Positions 62,766 to 64,000 of a DNA stretch of 64,000 bases are shown here, piece by piece. The notes beneath the pieces were generated by a model. The model was not told the DNA's origin. It made no database searches and saw only the letters and a program-made list of their open reading frames with translations. The position numbers and the translations under genes were made by a program. This DNA is from Microgenomates group bacterium Gr01-1014_5 (lineage in GTDB: Bacteria; Patescibacteriota; Microgenomatia; UBA8517; UBA10165): assembly GCA_007376395.1 (NCBI GenBank), contig VMGE01000001.1, positions 25,635 through 89,634 of the forward strand. The letters are read 5' to 3'. Position 1 is the first letter of the stretch. Each line of letters opens with the position of its first letter.

Positions 62766-64000
62766 TTATATAAGCGCTCTACCAGTCATGTCGCTAGGTT
62801 GCGGGATGCCTAAAAGTTTTAGAATAGTGGGAGCTACATCTGCTAATATTCCAGACGTAAGCGTATTACCGTTACCTAAAAACATCTCTCCAACGATAGT
62901 AAAAGGTACCGGGTTTGCAGAGTGTTCAGTTTCAGGTTTGCCGTCAATGCTCAACATTTCTTCTGTGTTTCCGTGATCTGCCGTTATAATCACAACTCCT
63001 CCGATAGATTTTACGCTTTGTACAATTTTTCCTAGATTTTTGTCTATAACCTCACAAGCCGTTATTGCTGCTTTTAGATTTCCAGTATGCCCTATCATAT
63101 CCGCGTTAGCAAAATTTAGAACAAAGAGAGAGTATTTATTTTGATTGGTGTTTCCCAGTATTTCTAAAAATGCTGTGGTGATTTCAGAGGCAGACATTTC
63201 TGGTTTCTGGTCATAAGTCGAAACTTTCAGTGAAGGTACAATTTTTCTTTCCTCACCGGAAAAGGGAATCTCGCGTTGTCCATTAAAGTAAAAAGTTACA
63301 AATCTTTCTTTCTCGCTCTCTGCTATTCTTACTTGCCTCAGGCCGTTTTGCGAAATTACACCTCCCAGGGGAAGATTGACTACCGTGGGAGGAAAGGCAA
63401 CCCGTAAATAGCCTAAAGTTGTATTTTCATACTGTGTCATGGTGGCAAAATACATATTTTTAATTTTTTCTCCTCTTTCAAAACCACCAGAGGATACCTG
63501 TGGTGCTAAATGTGTTTTTCTATATTTAATTTCGTAAGGGTCAAAATCAAATGCTTGTTGATTTTCTGTATTGAAATCTTCGAAAACAAACGCGCGGGTT
63601 AATTGCCGTGGCCTGTCTATTCTAAAATTAAAGAAAACAACCGCGTCGTTTTCGGAAATTATTGCTCTTGGAGTACCGTTTTTAGTCATTATTAAGGGTT
63701 CAAGAAATTCGTCAGTGATGCCTTTTTCGTACGATTTTTCTATTTCGGTTTTATATTCAGCGGTTAACAAACCCTCTCCCTGGGTAAGAGCCCTGTAGGC
63801 AGTCTGTGTCCGCTCCCAGCGAAAGTCCCGATCTAAAGGCCAGAAACGCCCCATAATAGATGCAATCGTTCCTACGCCTGTAGTTTGTAGAACATTTTCA
63901 ACCTTCTGAAGATAACTTATTGCCATGTTGGGCGGTGAATCTCTACCGTCTGTAAATAAGTGAAGAAAAACTCTGCTAAAGTTTTGTTGTTTGCAAAGGT
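62766..64000 (-). CDS. gpmI: 2,3-bisphosphoglycerate-independent phosphoglycerate mutase (5' end beyond the window edge)
   Basis: GRFWPLDRDFRWERTQTAY, TADHGNTEEM. The reading frame stays open upstream of M63926 (..FLHLFTDGRDSPPN) to the window end. Confidence 0.8.
   Translation of the reverse strand, partial: LCKQQNFSRVFLHLFTDGRDSPPNMAISYLQKVENVLQTTGVGTIASIMGRFWPLDRDFRWERTQTAYRALTQGEGLLTAEYKTEIEKSYEKGITDEFLEPLIMTKNGTPRAIISENDAVVFFNFRIDRPRQLTRAFVFEDFNTENQQAFDFDPYEIKYRKTHLAPQVSSGGFERGEKIKNMYFATMTQYENTTLGYLRVAFPPTVVNLPLGGVISQNGLRQVRIAESEKERFVTFYFNGQREIPFSGEERKIVPSLKVSTYDQKPEMSASEITTAFLEILGNTNQNKYSLFVLNFANADMIGHTGNLKAAITACEVIDKNLGKIVQSVKSIGGVVIITADHGNTEEMLSIDGKPETEHSANPVPFTIVGEMFLGNGNTLTSGILADVAPTILKLLGIPQPSDMTGRALI

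Noticed and set aside
62745-62775. Short tandem gaaaat/ttcaaatt repeats as a CRISPR array or minisatellite
   Set aside because: Only 2-3 irregular units of 6-12 nt and no spacer structure. It is just an AT-rich convergent intergenic region.

Overview
Low-GC, gene-dense window with Candidate Phyla Radiation (CPR/Patescibacteria)-like hallmarks: many small GIY-YIG nuclease genes beside tRNAs, a reduced UvrC, Drg-type GTPase and 12 tRNA genes. Gene calls rest on motifs read by eye from the translated ORFs; nothing here is a database hit.

Layout:
- 1-11.3 kb: housekeeping and hypothetical genes, namely tRNA-Arg/Lys/His, an HTH+LAGLIDADG-like gene between two tRNAs, Drg GTPase, a wHTH regulator, NUDIX and a GT2 glycosyltransferase. 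A GC-rich structured ncRNA candidate sits at about 330-660.
- 11.4-37.3 kb: accessory block bounded by tRNA-Arg(TCT) and tRNA-Gly(GCC).
  - (a) Three small GIY-YIG cassettes flanked by short repeats of adjacent tRNA sequence.
  - (b) A defence island: single-HKD PLD nuclease, XRE regulator, SNF2 helicase translationally coupled to an MmeI-like PD-ExK/N6A-methyltransferase (Type IIL-like) enzyme, a PD-(D/E)xK nuclease, a Cas4-like Fe-S nuclease, a membrane-anchored trypsin-like protease, then a tightly coupled 2TM protein plus polβ/CD-NTase(SMODS/OAS)-like nucleotidyltransferase pair.
  - (c) A Gram-positive-type conjugative T4SS cluster on the minus strand (M23 hydrolase, VirB4, VirB3-, VirB6- and VirB2-like proteins, DUF2958, Replic_Relax, VirD4).
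  - (d) A large serine recombinase whose 3' end overlaps tRNA-Gly(GCC).
- 37.3-64 kb: dxr, a 7-tRNA cluster with an odd split tRNA-like sequence around tRNA-Leu(CAG), an AbiEii-like toxin cassette bracketed by partial copies of the tRNA-Gly(TCC) 3' end, a Pif1-like helicase, an OppA-like binding protein, secG, the SOS/NER set uvrC-uvrA-uvrB-lexA with a shared candidate operator, mntH, dedA, rsmI and a gpmI truncated by the window edge.

The most interesting candidates are the DISARM-like / split Type ISP-like island that lacks DrmA/DrmB, and the minimal 2TM+NTase (CBASS/SLATT-SMODS-like) pair that shares a 30-nt promoter motif with the helicase operon.
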